A stretch of 63,420 bases of DNA, the filler included, from Collodictyon triciliatum (lineage: Eukaryota): NCBI GenBank assembly GCA_043381765.1. It is 25 parts of 25 records of this genome, joined end to end, with 100 filler letters (N's around TTAATTAATTAA, not from the genome) between each part and the next. Parts side by side here need not be neighbours in the genome. Positions count along the whole stretch, not along the records: positions 50,851 to 53,284 come from JBHJMP010008890.1; positions 53,385 to 55,818 come from JBHJMP010008893.1; positions 55,919 to 58,352 come from JBHJMP010008894.1; positions 58,453 to 60,886 come from JBHJMP010008895.1; positions 60,987 to 63,420 come from JBHJMP010008896.1; 20 more parts are not named here. One strand, given 5' to 3'. Below the pieces are notes generated by a model, which did no database searches, was not told the origin of the DNA, and saw only the letters and a list, made by a program, of their open reading frames with translations. Position numbers and translations under genes: made by a program. This document shows positions 51,017 through 63,420 of this stretch, one piece after another; positions within the stretch are counted from its first letter, which is position 1; the number at the start of each line of letters is the position of its first letter.

Positions 51017-52708
51017 GGCCTCGACAACGAACTGGATGAATGGCAGCACAAGCACGACCCAAACACAGTCCGAGACGAAGAGCCGATTCGCACAAGCCTG
51101 CGCTTCACCTGCAAGGATGCGCGAAGCCGATACGAAGAGCGCTTGAGGGAGCTTTACCTGACTCTCCCGCCCCACCGAGTGTGTCGATGCGCCGCAGATT
51201 TTGTCAAAGAGGCTGCTCGGCTCAACGATCCGAGCGAAGCCCACTGGGACTCGCTCATGTATCTGCTATCAGTGCGCAACTCCACCTTTGCAGACACGCT
51301 CAACATGCTGGCAGGCTCGCTGAGTCTGGACAGCCCGCCCAGCACGCAGCCCGACACGCATTTCAAAGCACACGGCAACTCGGACGCATCACACACAGAC
51401 ACCCTGCCTATCAACAAGCATCTGCTCCTGGCTGGCCACGAGAAGTCGCGGTCGCAGTCGGACTTGTGTGCGTTACTGCACGGCGAGCATCAACCGCAAC
51501 CGCAATCACAATCACAATCACAATCACAATCACAATCACAATCACAATCACAATCACAATCACAATCACAATCACAATCACAATCACAATCACAATCACA
51601 ATCACAACTCCAATCAAGAGACGCGCCACTCCTCTTCACATCGTACCATCTGGCCATCGAGGACAAGCAGGACCGGGTCCGCTTCCGTGACACAGTACCG
51701 TATTCTTTCAACAACGTCGCATTCATGGGCAGCTGGGTGCGCCCGGGCGTTGCAGCAACGCAGTGGCCGCTGGTCAGCAACCTGCCCGAGTTCTTTGAGT
51801 CTGTCCTGCAGCACAAGGTCCGCTACGTGGTTGCACTCGGCCCGCTTATCGACGTGGCCTACTGGCGCTCGGATGTTGTTCGCCGCCACGCCTCGCACGT
51901 GGTCCATCAGGTTGAGTATCTGCCCGAGATGCCGCCCGCCCTTGCGCCAAGCACGACACACAGCCCCCAAGTGGGCATCGACGTGCCAGGCCCTTCGTCT
52001 GTGCGGTCGGACCAGCCGGCTCGCAGGCCGTCCAGCTCATCCACAAGCGCCGTATCCACGCCGTCTGTCCACGCGGGGCTCAAGACCGGAGACACTGGCA
52101 AGGACTTCCGCTCGCTTCTGCCCAGCTCCCCAGGCTCGGATGCGGGGCTCGAAGGCTCCAACCCGCCTAGCCTGCCTCCGCTGACGCCAGCCAGCGCCTG
52201 CGAGGAAACGCCCACGCGCAGAGTCTCCATAGCCCAAGATCTACTCGACTCCCTGATACTCGGAGACGACTCGGAACAGACCATCGCCCGCGACGGATTC
52301 ACGTCCTACAATTCCCTTGACGGCGTTGTGCAGAAGGCCCTCCTCATCAATGGCTCCCACAAGCTCTTCATCTGCAGGATGCCCACCTGGAACGACTTTG
52401 ATGTCCCCCACGAGAATCTCCTGCGCAGCGTCATCGAGATGGCTGCCATCATGCGCTCCTGCACCGAGCTGAGCGGCGCGCTTATCCACTGCCGCGCCGG
52501 GGTGGGCAGAACAGGGACAATCCTGCTGCTTGCTGCGGCTTGGCAGACGTGGGAGCGCTTTGGCTCCGTCGACATCTACTTTGAGCTGGCCAAGTTGCGG
52601 CTTCGACGGGCAAAAATGGTTCAGTCAAAAGAGCAGCTTCGGTATGTTTATCTGGCGATGGAGTACATCGCCCGGAATCAGCTGCGCATGAACCCATTAC
52701 ATACGTAA
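51017..52708 (+). CDS. Classical-type protein tyrosine phosphatase, large terminal exon
   Basis: The frame is open back to a CAG acceptor ending at 51016. RVRFRDTVPY (pTyr loop-like), WNDFDVP (WPD-loop variant), IHCRAGVGRTGT, RAKMVQSKEQLRYVY. Confidence 0.88.
   Translation, partial: GLDNELDEWQHKHDPNTVRDEEPIRTSLRFTCKDARSRYEERLRELYLTLPPHRVCRCAADFVKEAARLNDPSEAHWDSLMYLLSVRNSTFADTLNMLAGSLSLDSPPSTQPDTHFKAHGNSDASHTDTLPINKHLLLAGHEKSRSQSDLCALLHGEHQPQPQSQSQSQSQSQSQSQSQSQSQSQSQSQSQSQSQSQLQSRDAPLLFTSYHLAIEDKQDRVRFRDTVPYSFNNVAFMGSWVRPGVAATQWPLVSNLPEFFESVLQHKVRYVVALGPLIDVAYWRSDVVRRHASHVVHQVEYLPEMPPALAPSTTHSPQVGIDVPGPSSVRSDQPARRPSSSSTSAVSTPSVHAGLKTGDTGKDFRSLLPSSPGSDAGLEGSNPPSLPPLTPASACEETPTRRVSIAQDLLDSLILGDDSEQTIARDGFTSYNSLDGVVQKALLINGSHKLFICRMPTWNDFDVPHENLLRSVIEMAAIMRSCTELSGALIHCRAGVGRTGTILLLAAAWQTWERFGSVDIYFELAKLRLRRAKMVQSKEQLRYVYLAMEYIARNQLRMNPLHT
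51503..51607 (+). repeat. (CAATCA)n coding microsatellite giving a (Gln-Ser)n tract
   Basis: Tandem hexamer in frame within the phosphatase exon. Confidence 0.9.
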
Positions 52709-53176
52709 TGTTTGGAGAATATATATAGGAAGAAGAAAGAAAAGAGAGAGAAAGAAAAAAACAGGAAAGTGGGAAAGGTAAGGTTAAAAAGAAAAATGGA
52801 AGCATATGTACGTCGGGTACTTCTGTTGAGACAAAAAGAGCGGTCACTGTTTCATTTTTTATAATCCTTGATGTCCTTATCACAAATCCGATTTTTATAC
52901 TGGTTCCATTTTTCTTCCGTATTCCCTTCCGACTCTCGTTCACGTTTCATCCCTTTCATGTACTCTACCATTATACGATTCCTCAACATACGTTCCTTAT
53001 TCCCCATGGATTCTATGAGCCTGTTCCCTTCCTTCTTCAGAGTCACACACCTCCCAGCCTTCTTTTTTTTTCTTTCTTCTTGGTTCTATACAAAGATACC
53101 TCCTCTGCCTGGCGATGTGCCCAATCGTATTCAATACCATTTGACACTCTTCATACGTTGAAAGAAAATGGAAATG

Positions 53177-53229
<53 letters not shown>

Positions 53230-56200
53230 AAAAAACGAAACCAAATAATCAAGCAAAAAACAACAGCTTTCATGTTCAAAAAAANNNNNNNNNNNNNNNN
53301 NNNNNNNNNNNNNNNNNNNNNNNNNNNNTTAATTAATTAANNNNNNNNNNNNNNNNNNNNNNNNNNNNNNNNNNNNNNNNNNNNTTATTGTTTTTTATTG
53401 TTTTTTATTGTTTTTTATTGTTTTTTATTGTTTTTTATTGTTTTTTATTGTTTTTTATTGTTTTTTATTGTTTTTATTCGACTCCATTGAATTCATAGAT
53501 ATTCCTCTAAATCATCGCTCTATGGCTATTAAAATCGCACATTCGGACTTATGAATACGTGGAGTCGTAAAAAAAACTATTCATTATTCTTCAATAATCC
53601 AGTCTCCCAAAGAATGGGGACAACTCTATTGAGAACAAACATCTATATGAGTTATCATCCCAAATCTATGTGACACTAGGGCGAGACTATGCGATGCACT
53701 CTCGGGATTAATACTGCTTTCAGCTTATTGAAGATATATTTGGACCCAGCATAAACGGTGTCCAGAAACAAAAGCACTATGTGGAGCCATGTTGGTTTTT
53801 TTTTCCATAAAGTCAATGAATGGCTCATGCGTCTCCGACCCAACTTCTTCAATCATACACCATATTTGATGACGATACGCTAAATTACATCAAGTAGACA
53901 TTTAATCTTAATTGCTCTCTTGCTGTCTTTATATGTTTACACAATCATGGCAAGTGGCAATTAGGAAACGCGAGGCAAATGAATGCTTGATTTCCAAATA
54001 GATTCACTGTTATTTACCCATATATCCTGTCGATATGTGGTCTCACTCGCCCAAAATCCGATCGTCTCCGCTATTTCTCAATCGTCTTTTCTCTTCATCC
54101 ATCAGGCACAAACCATCTACCATCTGTAATGCGCACAATTGCCTCTTTTTTTTGTAAAAGTATTGATGAGGGTGGGACTGTTTTAATTAAAGATAGAAGT
54201 CATGCAATATTGTTGCATCTAATGTACATATGATACGATACTGCATTCGCGTGCTTTTGTGGATTGACAAAGAGTGACAACATTATTTGAGGGCAGTGAG
54301 TGTTCGAGATTGTGTGAGGCATGAAATGGAATATTACGCTAGGTATATTTAATACGTTTCCCAGTTCTATGATTTCCTTAAGTTTTAATAACACGTTAGT
54401 TAAATTTTCCAATTTATAATATTTCCATATTTGATTAGTTTTGATTTTCTACGAGAATTCTTTGAATTTTTTCAAAATAAGATAATAAAACTTATAATTC
54501 AGTAAAAACGAACAAATGCGAATGAATTTTGTTATTTCCAAATTGGGTAATAAATTAGCCACAATTATTGAACCATTCAAAGAAATAGACCTAATTCTGA
54601 ACAAAAGACACTGCACCTTTTAGATAACTAGCGCCATTTTAACCAACGTTGCTATTCTGTTTCAGGTCATTAGCTATTTTTACTATCATCATAGCATTCA
54701 GTAGCCCCGATTCCTTGGACTTGTGGGTTGTACTGATTAGCGCACGCGGTGGATGTGTGCATTGTGAATACCGAACATGTAATGAAATTCTGTGAAATTT
54801 GTACAATATAATCAATAATGGTACATGCAATCAAATAATTGAAACAGAATATATATATCGAATGATCATGTCCAAAAAAATTAATCATACTATATAATAT
54901 CCGCTTTTGTATATTTTAGATTATTTCTATTTATGGAATAAGTTCAGATGCTTTTGCTTCAGTTCAATCTGCTTTTGTTCATATTTACGCGTTATGAAAG
55001 TTTTCTTTATTTTGCCTTCCCACTTACTGTTATAATAACAAGGAAGCAAAGCTGCAGAGTTTCTGTCAGAATAATAAATATGCTGCGTATGCCTCAGGGA
55101 TGTATGGGTAGTAAGGACGGAAATCAACAAATGGCTGAGCAGAAGCCTCAAATCCCGCAAATTATAACAAATGAAATGAGAGATAGTTTTGAAATGCCGA
55201 GCCTGCCACTGTCTGGTCTCCTCCAATATTAGTTCAGCTTGCACGAGGAAGATCTTGAACTCTAATAAGAACTCTCACATGCTCGTCGATGAGGATATCA
55301 AACTCGAGTTGCTTATCTCATTTGTATTTGCAGACTTGGACGCAACTTCGTAGTGGACTTCTCCTCGGGATAAGTGACAAACTCTACGGCATCCGCGACG
55401 CTGACAAAGCCTGTTCTTGGGGTGACCATGATTACAATCGGTTTGATGGTGGTGAAGCTCTTTGAGCTCAGCCTTGATCTGTCGGGAATCGATGCGAGCT
55501 TCGTACTTTCTATCCCAGCGTTTGTGGTTCAGAACTGCGAGTCAAGGAGGACATGATACAATGGGAGAGAGGAGGAAATTCACCGGCCCGTGACTCTTGT
55601 GCTGACCTGATTCTATAGTGATGCCCTTATACTAATATACTTTACTCAAGATAGACCAGAAGACCATCTCATACGAGTTGATATCACTGAGCAGCCAAAT
55701 ACCTTTTCCAATCTCGAAAGGCCTCGTGAGGCGACCAGTTCTTTGAGCCTTTGAAGCCACTCACCGAGTTGATGGACGCGCCAATTTTACAAGGCTGATT
55801 TCAAATAGCTCGAATATANNNNNNNNNNNNNNNNNNNNNNNNNNNNNNNNNNNNNNNNNNNNTTAATTAATTAANNNNNNNNNNNNNNNNNNNNNNNNNN
55901 NNNNNNNNNNNNNNNNNNAAAAAAAGAAAAAAAAGAAAAAAAAAGGAAAAAAAGGAAAAAAAGGAAAAAAAGGAAAAAAAGGAAAAAAAGGAAAAAAAGG
56001 AAAAAAGGAAAAAGGATAAAAGGAAAAAAGGAAAAAGGAAAAAAGGAAAAAAGGAAAAAAGGAAAAAAAAGGAAAAAAGGAAAAAAGGAAAAAAAAGGAA
56101 AAAAAAGGAAAAAAAAGGAAAAAAAAGGAAAAAAAAGGAAAAAAAGGAAAAAAAGGAAAAAAAGGAAAAAAAAGGAAAAAAAAGGAAAAAAAAGGAAAAA

Positions 56201-56360
56201 AAAGGAAAAAAAGGAAAAAAAAGGAAGAAAAGAAAAAAAAGAAGAGAAAGAGGACAAAAAATATAGAAAACTAAATAGTTGTTTCCATAAAGAAATATCG
56301 AAACCTGATGATGTTGAATCTTCGCCCCCCACCGAAACAAAGTCCCTCGTCCGAGAAAAC

Positions 56361-57215
56361 ATGTACGCAACAGTGGTCACTGAATCAAAGAATGCGAAAG
56401 ATTTAACAAACTCCTCGTTCGACAAGGCAGCCTGTATTGCTTTGATCATACTTAGCGTTGGTCTGTATATCAACTCTATGAATGGAGAGTTTGCTTTTGA
56501 TGACCGCTTTGCAGTGGTAGAGAATGATGATTCTAAATCCACCAGTCCTCTATGGAATATATTATGGCACGATTTTTGGGGACAAGATATTAGTATGTTA
56601 TTTATTCATCTTGATCCAATTCACGTTTTTTTTTGTTTTTGGGGACATATATGAACGTTTACATATATTTTTATATTCGCGTATATTATAGTCTATTCAA
56701 ATATTAAATCTTAGCATATCGTAACTTGACAGCAAAATCCAAGAGGATGATGAATAGGCCATTTGCTCATTTGGCAACTTATTCAAGCTTCATATTCGTG
56801 TTCTTTGCTTTGTAAAATAATATGCTGTCCTGAATGTAGGTAATATCGAATCCCACAAAAGCTACAGGCCCTTGACTATCCTCTCCTTCAGACTTAACCA
56901 CGCCTTTGATAGCGAATCGACATTTGGGTATCACCTTGGAAATGTGGTACTTCATGCAATCACATCCATCCTGGCTTACTTTGTGGGAATTCGGTAATTA
57001 TAATTTTACTTTCACCCATTTATCTTCGTATAGCACGTATCACCTTTCTTTTTGGGTTCTTTGAAGGAAAAATTCATGACATAGATATTAGCTTAAATAG
57101 TTACATTTTGTTTACTCACATACCCGACTCGAAACTCAAGGATAGGATATTCACGTGAGGCATCTGTAATTGCTAGTATCTTGTTTTCTATACACCCTGT
57201 GCACACGGAATCGGT
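56361..57215 (+). CDS. TMTC-family protein O-mannosyltransferase, N-terminal exons
   Basis: YINSMNGEFAFDDRFAVVEND...HDFWGQDI, SHKSYRPLTILSFRLNH, YHLGNVVLHA, FSIHPVHTES. Confidence 0.92.
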
Positions 57216-58452
57216 TAAATTTCCTATTCATCTCTCACTCACCCACCCACTCACTCACTCACTCACTCACTCACTCACTCACTCACTCACTCACTCACTC
57301 ACTCNNNNNNNNNNNNNNNNNNNNNNNNNNNNNNNNNNNNNNNNNNNNNNNNNNNNACTTACTCACTCACTCACTCGCTCACTCACTCACTCACTCACTC
57401 ACTCACTCACTCTAAGAAATCATCACTGCCATTTACACGTCTTAGTAAATGCGTATGTGAGTGTGATTAGATTGCATGAAGTGACATAAGGAGATTTATC
57501 AATTGAATAATAAAAAAAACAGTCGAGATGCCCATTTCATACAATTTTCGAGAGTGTAATTGAGAAAACACCTTCGCCTGGAGGACAAAAATGAGATTCA
57601 GAAGAGACAAAAGAAAGCCCTTGAATTCTGTGGTTGGAGTTTTTGTGTCTTTTGAAAAAAGAAAAGAAAAAACAAGGTAGAAAGGAGAGAAAGTGTTCTC
57701 ACACGCAGACTATTCTACCCGAGGTGAATCAGCTCCAACGTGATTTCTGGTTGTATTCAAGACTGAAAGAAGAGCGAATAAAGTTGTCGGGTTGATGAAA
57801 GTACACACATGGCAGTTACTTCTAAAATTGATTCCGACGAGTCCATTCAACCATCTATCACAGACAAGGTTTACATCCTATTTCATTCCACAGGATGAGT
57901 CTTTTGAGGGGAAAACGGGTCACTTTTCTTGCGTTTCTTGCTGGGCGACTCAGACAAAAAGCGATATATCGTTGTTTGTCAGGAATCATCGGAAGTGACG
58001 CTTGACCGTCCCCTGGTTTCGGAACCATGCGTAGCCTGCGGTGGACTTTGCTTAACCAGAGTATGAATACGCGTTTGTGGTTTTAGAAACATACGCTCCT
58101 GCTTGCTCGGAATGTCTTTGGTGTGCGAAGTTCCAAGCTTGGATTCGACTTGTGCTGTTTGCTCTTGCTTCTTGGTTCTCGGTACGACGGGCTGGGTCAG
58201 GTAAACGGACTATCTTTGGTGGGCGCTGGTTCTTGTGTTGCCTTTGCTTTGGGGTATCCTTTCGGATAAGTAACGAAGACTGCCTTGAGGCCTCCTATGT
58301 TAACCATATTCACGTCAGTCTGAATGGGTAGTTTAAGGTAGATTTCTTTCGGNNNNNNNNNNNNNNNNNNNNNNNNNNNNNNNNNNNNNNNNNNNNTTAA
58401 TTAATTAANNNNNNNNNNNNNNNNNNNNNNNNNNNNNNNNNNNNNNNNNNNN

Positions 58453-58548
<96 letters not shown>

Positions 58549-58640
58549 GGCAAATATGAGAAAAATACACTTTTGGTTAATTACCCAACTCCTATCGAAT
58601 ATTGCATGAAATTATATTATAAGCGGCAAAAGAATACTTA

Positions 58641-60760
58641 CTGAATTAATCCCACAAGCTTCCCTCTCTCATTTGAATCGATATTCAAGAAGATGTCATA
58701 GCTCCCAGAACCAGACGGTGACTGCAATGTTATTTTATGTGATGTAAACATGGACAATTTATTTAATTTGTGCGCATTTGATGGCAGAGAGGGTTTCTTC
58801 GAGAATATGTCTTTTGAAACCGAAATGGGCAGAATATATATCTAGCTTACAGCATATAGGAACGGAATATTGTCTCCAGCGACGGTTTGTAAATACATAC
58901 GATATTCTTGATTCTGCACAGTAAACAATAAGGGGGCCAATATTTGAGCTATTATATACGAATAAATATCTAGTATTGAGTTAAGAAAATCAGGGCGTCT
59001 TTATTTATTTGCATACGCCGCTTCGAACAACCCGACCATGTATCATGATTTGGGGAATGCACGGACTATATTTTGCAAATTGGTACTTAGTTTAATACAT
59101 TACAATACGAATTTCATGCGTGATGCTTCCTGATGATAAAAAAATAAATAGAAAAATAAATGTATTCGGCAGTAATGTTGGGTTATAAATCTTACTTGAA
59201 TAGCAAATCATTCATGTCTTTGAGAGAGTTGCCGCTTGTGTTGGTGTCCAGTGGTTGTGGGAGTTGACGAGGAACAGAGGCGACTTGAGGCTAGCCCATA
59301 TAGTAGTATAGTTATAATGAAAATCTAACGCAATTCTTCTACAAGTGCACCTGGTAGAAGATAGTGGACAAAATAATAACTCACGCTTGCTTGAGGAGCC
59401 ACTTGGGGGATGATAGGCTCTCTGGGTCTCTGAGGGAGGAATAGGTGTGTGATTTTACAAGCTATGGATACTGTTTTTTTTTTATATAAACTTTTCTTTT
59501 AATAAAATATGTATAATGAAAATGAAGATAAGGGGAAGGGTTGGGCCAAACCAGAACAGCAGCCAAGTGGGGCTTGGACATCCTCTGCGCAACGTCATAT
59601 GGTGTTTCGCCATTGATGTTTGGGATGGCTGGATTTGCACCGAAGCGCAAAAGCAGAGCGACGACATCGGGCTTGTCGGAGAGGACGGCCACGTGTAGAG
59701 GAGTGCTTCCCTTCTTTGTTGTGGCGTTGATATCGACGCCGGACTGGATGAAATAGTAGACCAGATTCTGATGACCTGCACACAGCGTGAGGAAGAGTGC
59801 ACAGGCTGGCAGGACACATAAGAGAGCGAGGCGGATGAGGAGGGCAGGCAGGAGACAAACCAGACATGGCCGCAAAGTGGATGGGGAGGATGCCTTCGTC
59901 TGTGGCAACGACGGGGCCGAAGTGGTGCTTCTGCATGAGCAGCACAACAATGTTTTCGTATCCACTCATGGACGCGTAGTGGAGCGCGGTGGACCGATTT
60001 GCGGTGGTGGCGAATGCATCTGCGCCGCACGCAATCAGCTCCTGCACAACGCTCACGTGGCTGCCATGATGCGGGCAGGATGGGCGGGACCATCGCAGAA
60101 TGCAGAAATAAGAGCGCGGTGAGACAAGAGGGGATGTGTGCAGGGAGGGTTTTTGCGATAACGCATGGCTATGATAAGCGCAAAGGGGCAGCCTCGAGGA
60201 TGGGCTGGGCGGCATTACCCGTAGCGGGCGGCAAGAAGGAGCGCCGTGAAGCCTTCGGAGTCTCTCGCCTCCAATGGCACGCCGGCAAGATATGCGTCCT
60301 GCGTGGGTGCAGCTGATGTTAAGGTTTGTCTGCTGAGTGACGAATGAGTAGAGGCAAGGAGCGATGAAATGCCAGATGGATGGGATGGGAAGGGATGGGA
60401 AGGGATGAGACATAGACATATAAATGAATATGCAAATCAATAGAAACACACAGACACAGATAAAAAAAGGAAATAGGAAAAACCGAAAGAGGCAAGGTCC
60501 AGAGAAAAGCGAGAAAGAAAAAGCGAGCTGTCAAACACCGCAGCCACCAAAGAGGACGGAGGACGCAGTCATACCCGGACGACCTGCGAAAGGCCAAGCA
60601 AAGCGCACACATGCAGCAGCGTCTGTCCCTGGACATTCACAACCTGCGCGTCCAAATGCGCCACAGTCGGCTCACGTTGTGCAACCCTTGAAAGAAGGCT
60701 GCGCGCCTCTTCAATGCGCCCGTCAACCAAGTGTGCGTGGATCTCGGCCATCAAAGCCCA
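58641..60760 (-). CDS. Ankyrin-repeat protein, multi-exon, partial
   Basis: QGQTLLHVCALLG, RSTALHYASMSG, GILPIHFAAMSG, KGSTPLHVAVLSD, NGETPYDVA. Confidence 0.9.
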
Positions 60761-60986
60761 CTGTTTTCTGCCGCCGAGCAGGAGTGAGTGAGTGAGTGAG
60801 TGAGTGAGTGAGTGAGTGAGTGAGTGAGTGAGTGAGTGAGTGAGTGAGTGAGTGAGTGAGTGAGTGAGTGAGTGAGTGAGTGAGTGNNNNNNNNNNNNNN
60901 NNNNNNNNNNNNNNNNNNNNNNNNNNNNNNTTAATTAATTAANNNNNNNNNNNNNNNNNNNNNNNNNNNNNNNNNNNNNNNNNNNN

Positions 60987-61446
60987 TATTTGGGCCTCTG
61001 CAACAGCTGCGTCCAGATGCAAAAACATTCTGGGCAGTGACGCGAGGCCATTTGCTATGGACTATGTGGATAGCGCGCATATACTTACGCAAAGCAAGAC
61101 TCAACAACCAGCCACCCATTCCCGATAATAGGCTGGATGACATCATACAAGTCTCTTTCCTCAATAACCTTCTTCGCCACCTGCACGTTCTCTACTACTT
61201 CGACCCTGTGAGAAGAGACACGTGGAAAGAAGCTGAGAAAGATGTTCAATCTCACCTTGTATCTCTCATGCAAGCACAAAACCCAGGCTATTGGCCTAAC
61301 CGCAGGATGCAATTCCTGATTACCGACTACTTCTCCGCCACTCGGCAACCAAGTAGCGCTAATGCAAAAGAAGGCTGGCACATTGGAGACAGGAACTTCA
61401 TCTCCACACGCAAAGAAAAATAAACAAAATAAAAATGGCAAAAAAT
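60987..61446 (+). mobile_element. 3' end of an L1/Tx1-like retrotransposon ORF2 (undisrupted over this stretch) with short A-rich tail
   Basis: FGP...FWAVTRGHLLWTMW...QVSFLNNLLRHLHVLYYFDPVRRDTW...ITDYF aligns with FGP...LWTVTRG..LWS...QYSFLNNLLKHARILRYSDRKRREMW...IADFF at 44394-44760. A-rich run follows the stop at 61423. Confidence 0.7.
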
Positions 61447-63420
61447 GGCCCAGTAAGATGGGTTTATAAGCAAAGTGAATTGGCTTTAACTAGGACTTTG
61501 TGGAAAAAATAAATATACGAATGCGATAAAAAAAATTTGAACGATGCACTTGAACAGAGCTTTGCAACAAATGGTGGAATGAGGTTACTCAGGAAATGGG
61601 ATGTAGTGAGTCAGCATAGTTCATATACATATATTTATCACGGGCTAAAGGCATTCAATCAAATAACAATACAAAAAAATCAAATACAGCACTATATCCA
61701 AATTGAATGTTCTTTTATTTTAGAATAGAATTAGCGATTTTTACATGTTGCGTCTACTGGTTGCGCATTAATTGTCTGATTTAAATCAGTCGCATCACTT
61801 AGTTTTTGCCGGAAGTTAGGCCTCGGATTGAATCCAAGTCAGGGCCTTTGGTAGTTACAGCTTTTAAGGATTGTATGTAGAAGCTCGACCCACAATAGAT
61901 ATATTTAGATGAGTCATGAATTTTGTTTCTATACTACAACAACCTGCACATGAATCCAAAACGCGTTCGTGCTTTCAACCAAGGCGCAACAACTAGGGCG
62001 GGTTGAAGAATCATAATAAAACCCTTTCTTTAAACTAAATATAAAAGAAACCGAAATCTATGTGCCACATTGACCTCAACGACAGTGTGAGACCAGTAAT
62101 TTACAAAAAAAAAATTCTTAACAGTGATCTAATAAGTTATTATTTTTACAGAATATCCAATAATATCATATATAACTTTTGAAAAGTAAAAAAAAGTAAT
62201 ATTATAGTATAAACCTTTGCTTTGTGTTGGGTTTTGTAAGCCATTATAATAAGTAAAGATACTCGAAAGGTGGTGCGCGTCACTTAAGCCCGCATCAAAT
62301 ATCAGCCTTTTAAAAAAAATAGATTCAAATAAAACGGTATTCATCTTTGGCGATATGTTTGATCAATAAACTACTGAAAAAAAGAAAGAAAAGAAGGAAG
62401 AAGTAACAAGCTAGTAAACTAGACTTTGGATTCCAATAGCGATATGTGCCTGCAGCGCTTTCAAGAGCAACAATAAGTAGTGAAGTTTATCAAAGTGCTT
62501 TGATTTACTGGTTTTTTTAGGTCACAGACTGCATCCCTTTCCATCAGATATCTGAATGGATATTGTCGATATGTGGGCCATTTGATGCGCACAATGTGCT
62601 TTTCTCTTCAACTAAAACAATGCGATGTTTCTTGCTATGTATATGATAATGTTAATGTTAATGATAATGTACTTTCCATAGGTACGCATTTTATTATGTG
62701 CAGTTGTGATATTTCCCTCTATTCACAGGCCGTTACAAATAAAAATGAAAAATCGATGAAGAGTTGATAATGTGATGAAAGAGTTGGATTGGGTTGCAGT
62801 TTTAGAAAATAATATATATTCCAGGCTATTCTTACTTTGAGGACAATCAATAACCCGCTTATTCAGTTAACCAAAACACTAGCCCCATTTTTTCCCCTTC
62901 GCTCTGTCCAGCATTTTTGCTATGCATTTTGGTGTGGATTTCTCTGCGCGACTAAAATTTCCTATTAAAAAAACAAAATTTACCCATGTCTCTCTTTTCT
63001 TCAAACTCCGACTCATTTTCGACGTAAAAAAAAAAAAGAAAAACTGTGTATATTGCAGATCACTCAACAATCACATCCCCACCAACGAAAGCACACAGAC
63101 AACCAAGAACAAAAGCCAAAGACCAGCACAACACAACTGATCTATTGAATCCCTTTTGCTTGGACTCCAATTATTTTTAACAAAACAAAAAAAAAAGCCA
63201 CCGACCAACATAAGACCAAGCAAACTGAATAATACAACACGAAAACATAGCTTTATTTTCTTTTCTATAAAAAGCGGAGGTTTACACATAAGTCTTTTAC
63301 CTATGTCAGAAAGTCAAGAGACTTTATCGAGAATAGGGTAGTCTACCAAAAGCTGGCAAATAAAAATAAAATGAAAGAAACAAGAACGGGCCAAAGATGA
63401 GTCCCTTCAGCAAAACTTTA

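Noticed and set aside
55330..55700. Possible further decayed zf-RVT/LINE remnant (TWTQLRSGLLLG...KACSW...ALICRES)
   Set aside because: Needs several assumed frameshifts; the similarity is too weak to call without a profile search.

Overview
The window is not a contiguous locus. It is 25 unrelated ~2.44-kb contigs joined by an artificial 100-nt linker (44 N + TTAATTAATTAA + 44 N), so adjacency across linkers means nothing. Most contigs are fragments of an intron-rich, microsatellite-rich microbial eukaryote using the standard genetic code. Recognisable genes include a MAK/ICK kinase, SFT2, acyl-CoA oxidase, a DHHC palmitoyltransferase, TM9SF, RNA polymerase III C34/RPC6, a Na+/H+ exchanger, a GT92-like glycosyltransferase, a LAMTOR1-like protein, Serinc, a PAK kinase, a tyrosine phosphatase, TMTC and an ankyrin protein. 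The main finding is two intron-free, gene-dense contigs (1-2447 and 20362-22805) that look like virion modules of Polinton-like viruses. Together they encode a double-jelly-roll major capsid protein, two divergent pentons, a fibre-like protein and two homologous small basic proteins. Both contigs share a head-to-head penton/basic-protein layout with ~30-bp intergenic gaps. Both also have AT-rich hairpins that start exactly at stop codons, resembling the Mimivirus/Sputnik polyadenylation 'hairpin rule'. Two ORFs that reveal the shared layout (2-319 and 20362-20448) are missing from the supplied ORF track. Two other contigs carry a composite CpG-rich 54-bp satellite element with higher-order structure, and two carry related L1/Tx1-like retrotransposon 3' ends. 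All family calls come from motif recognition by eye; no database searches were run.
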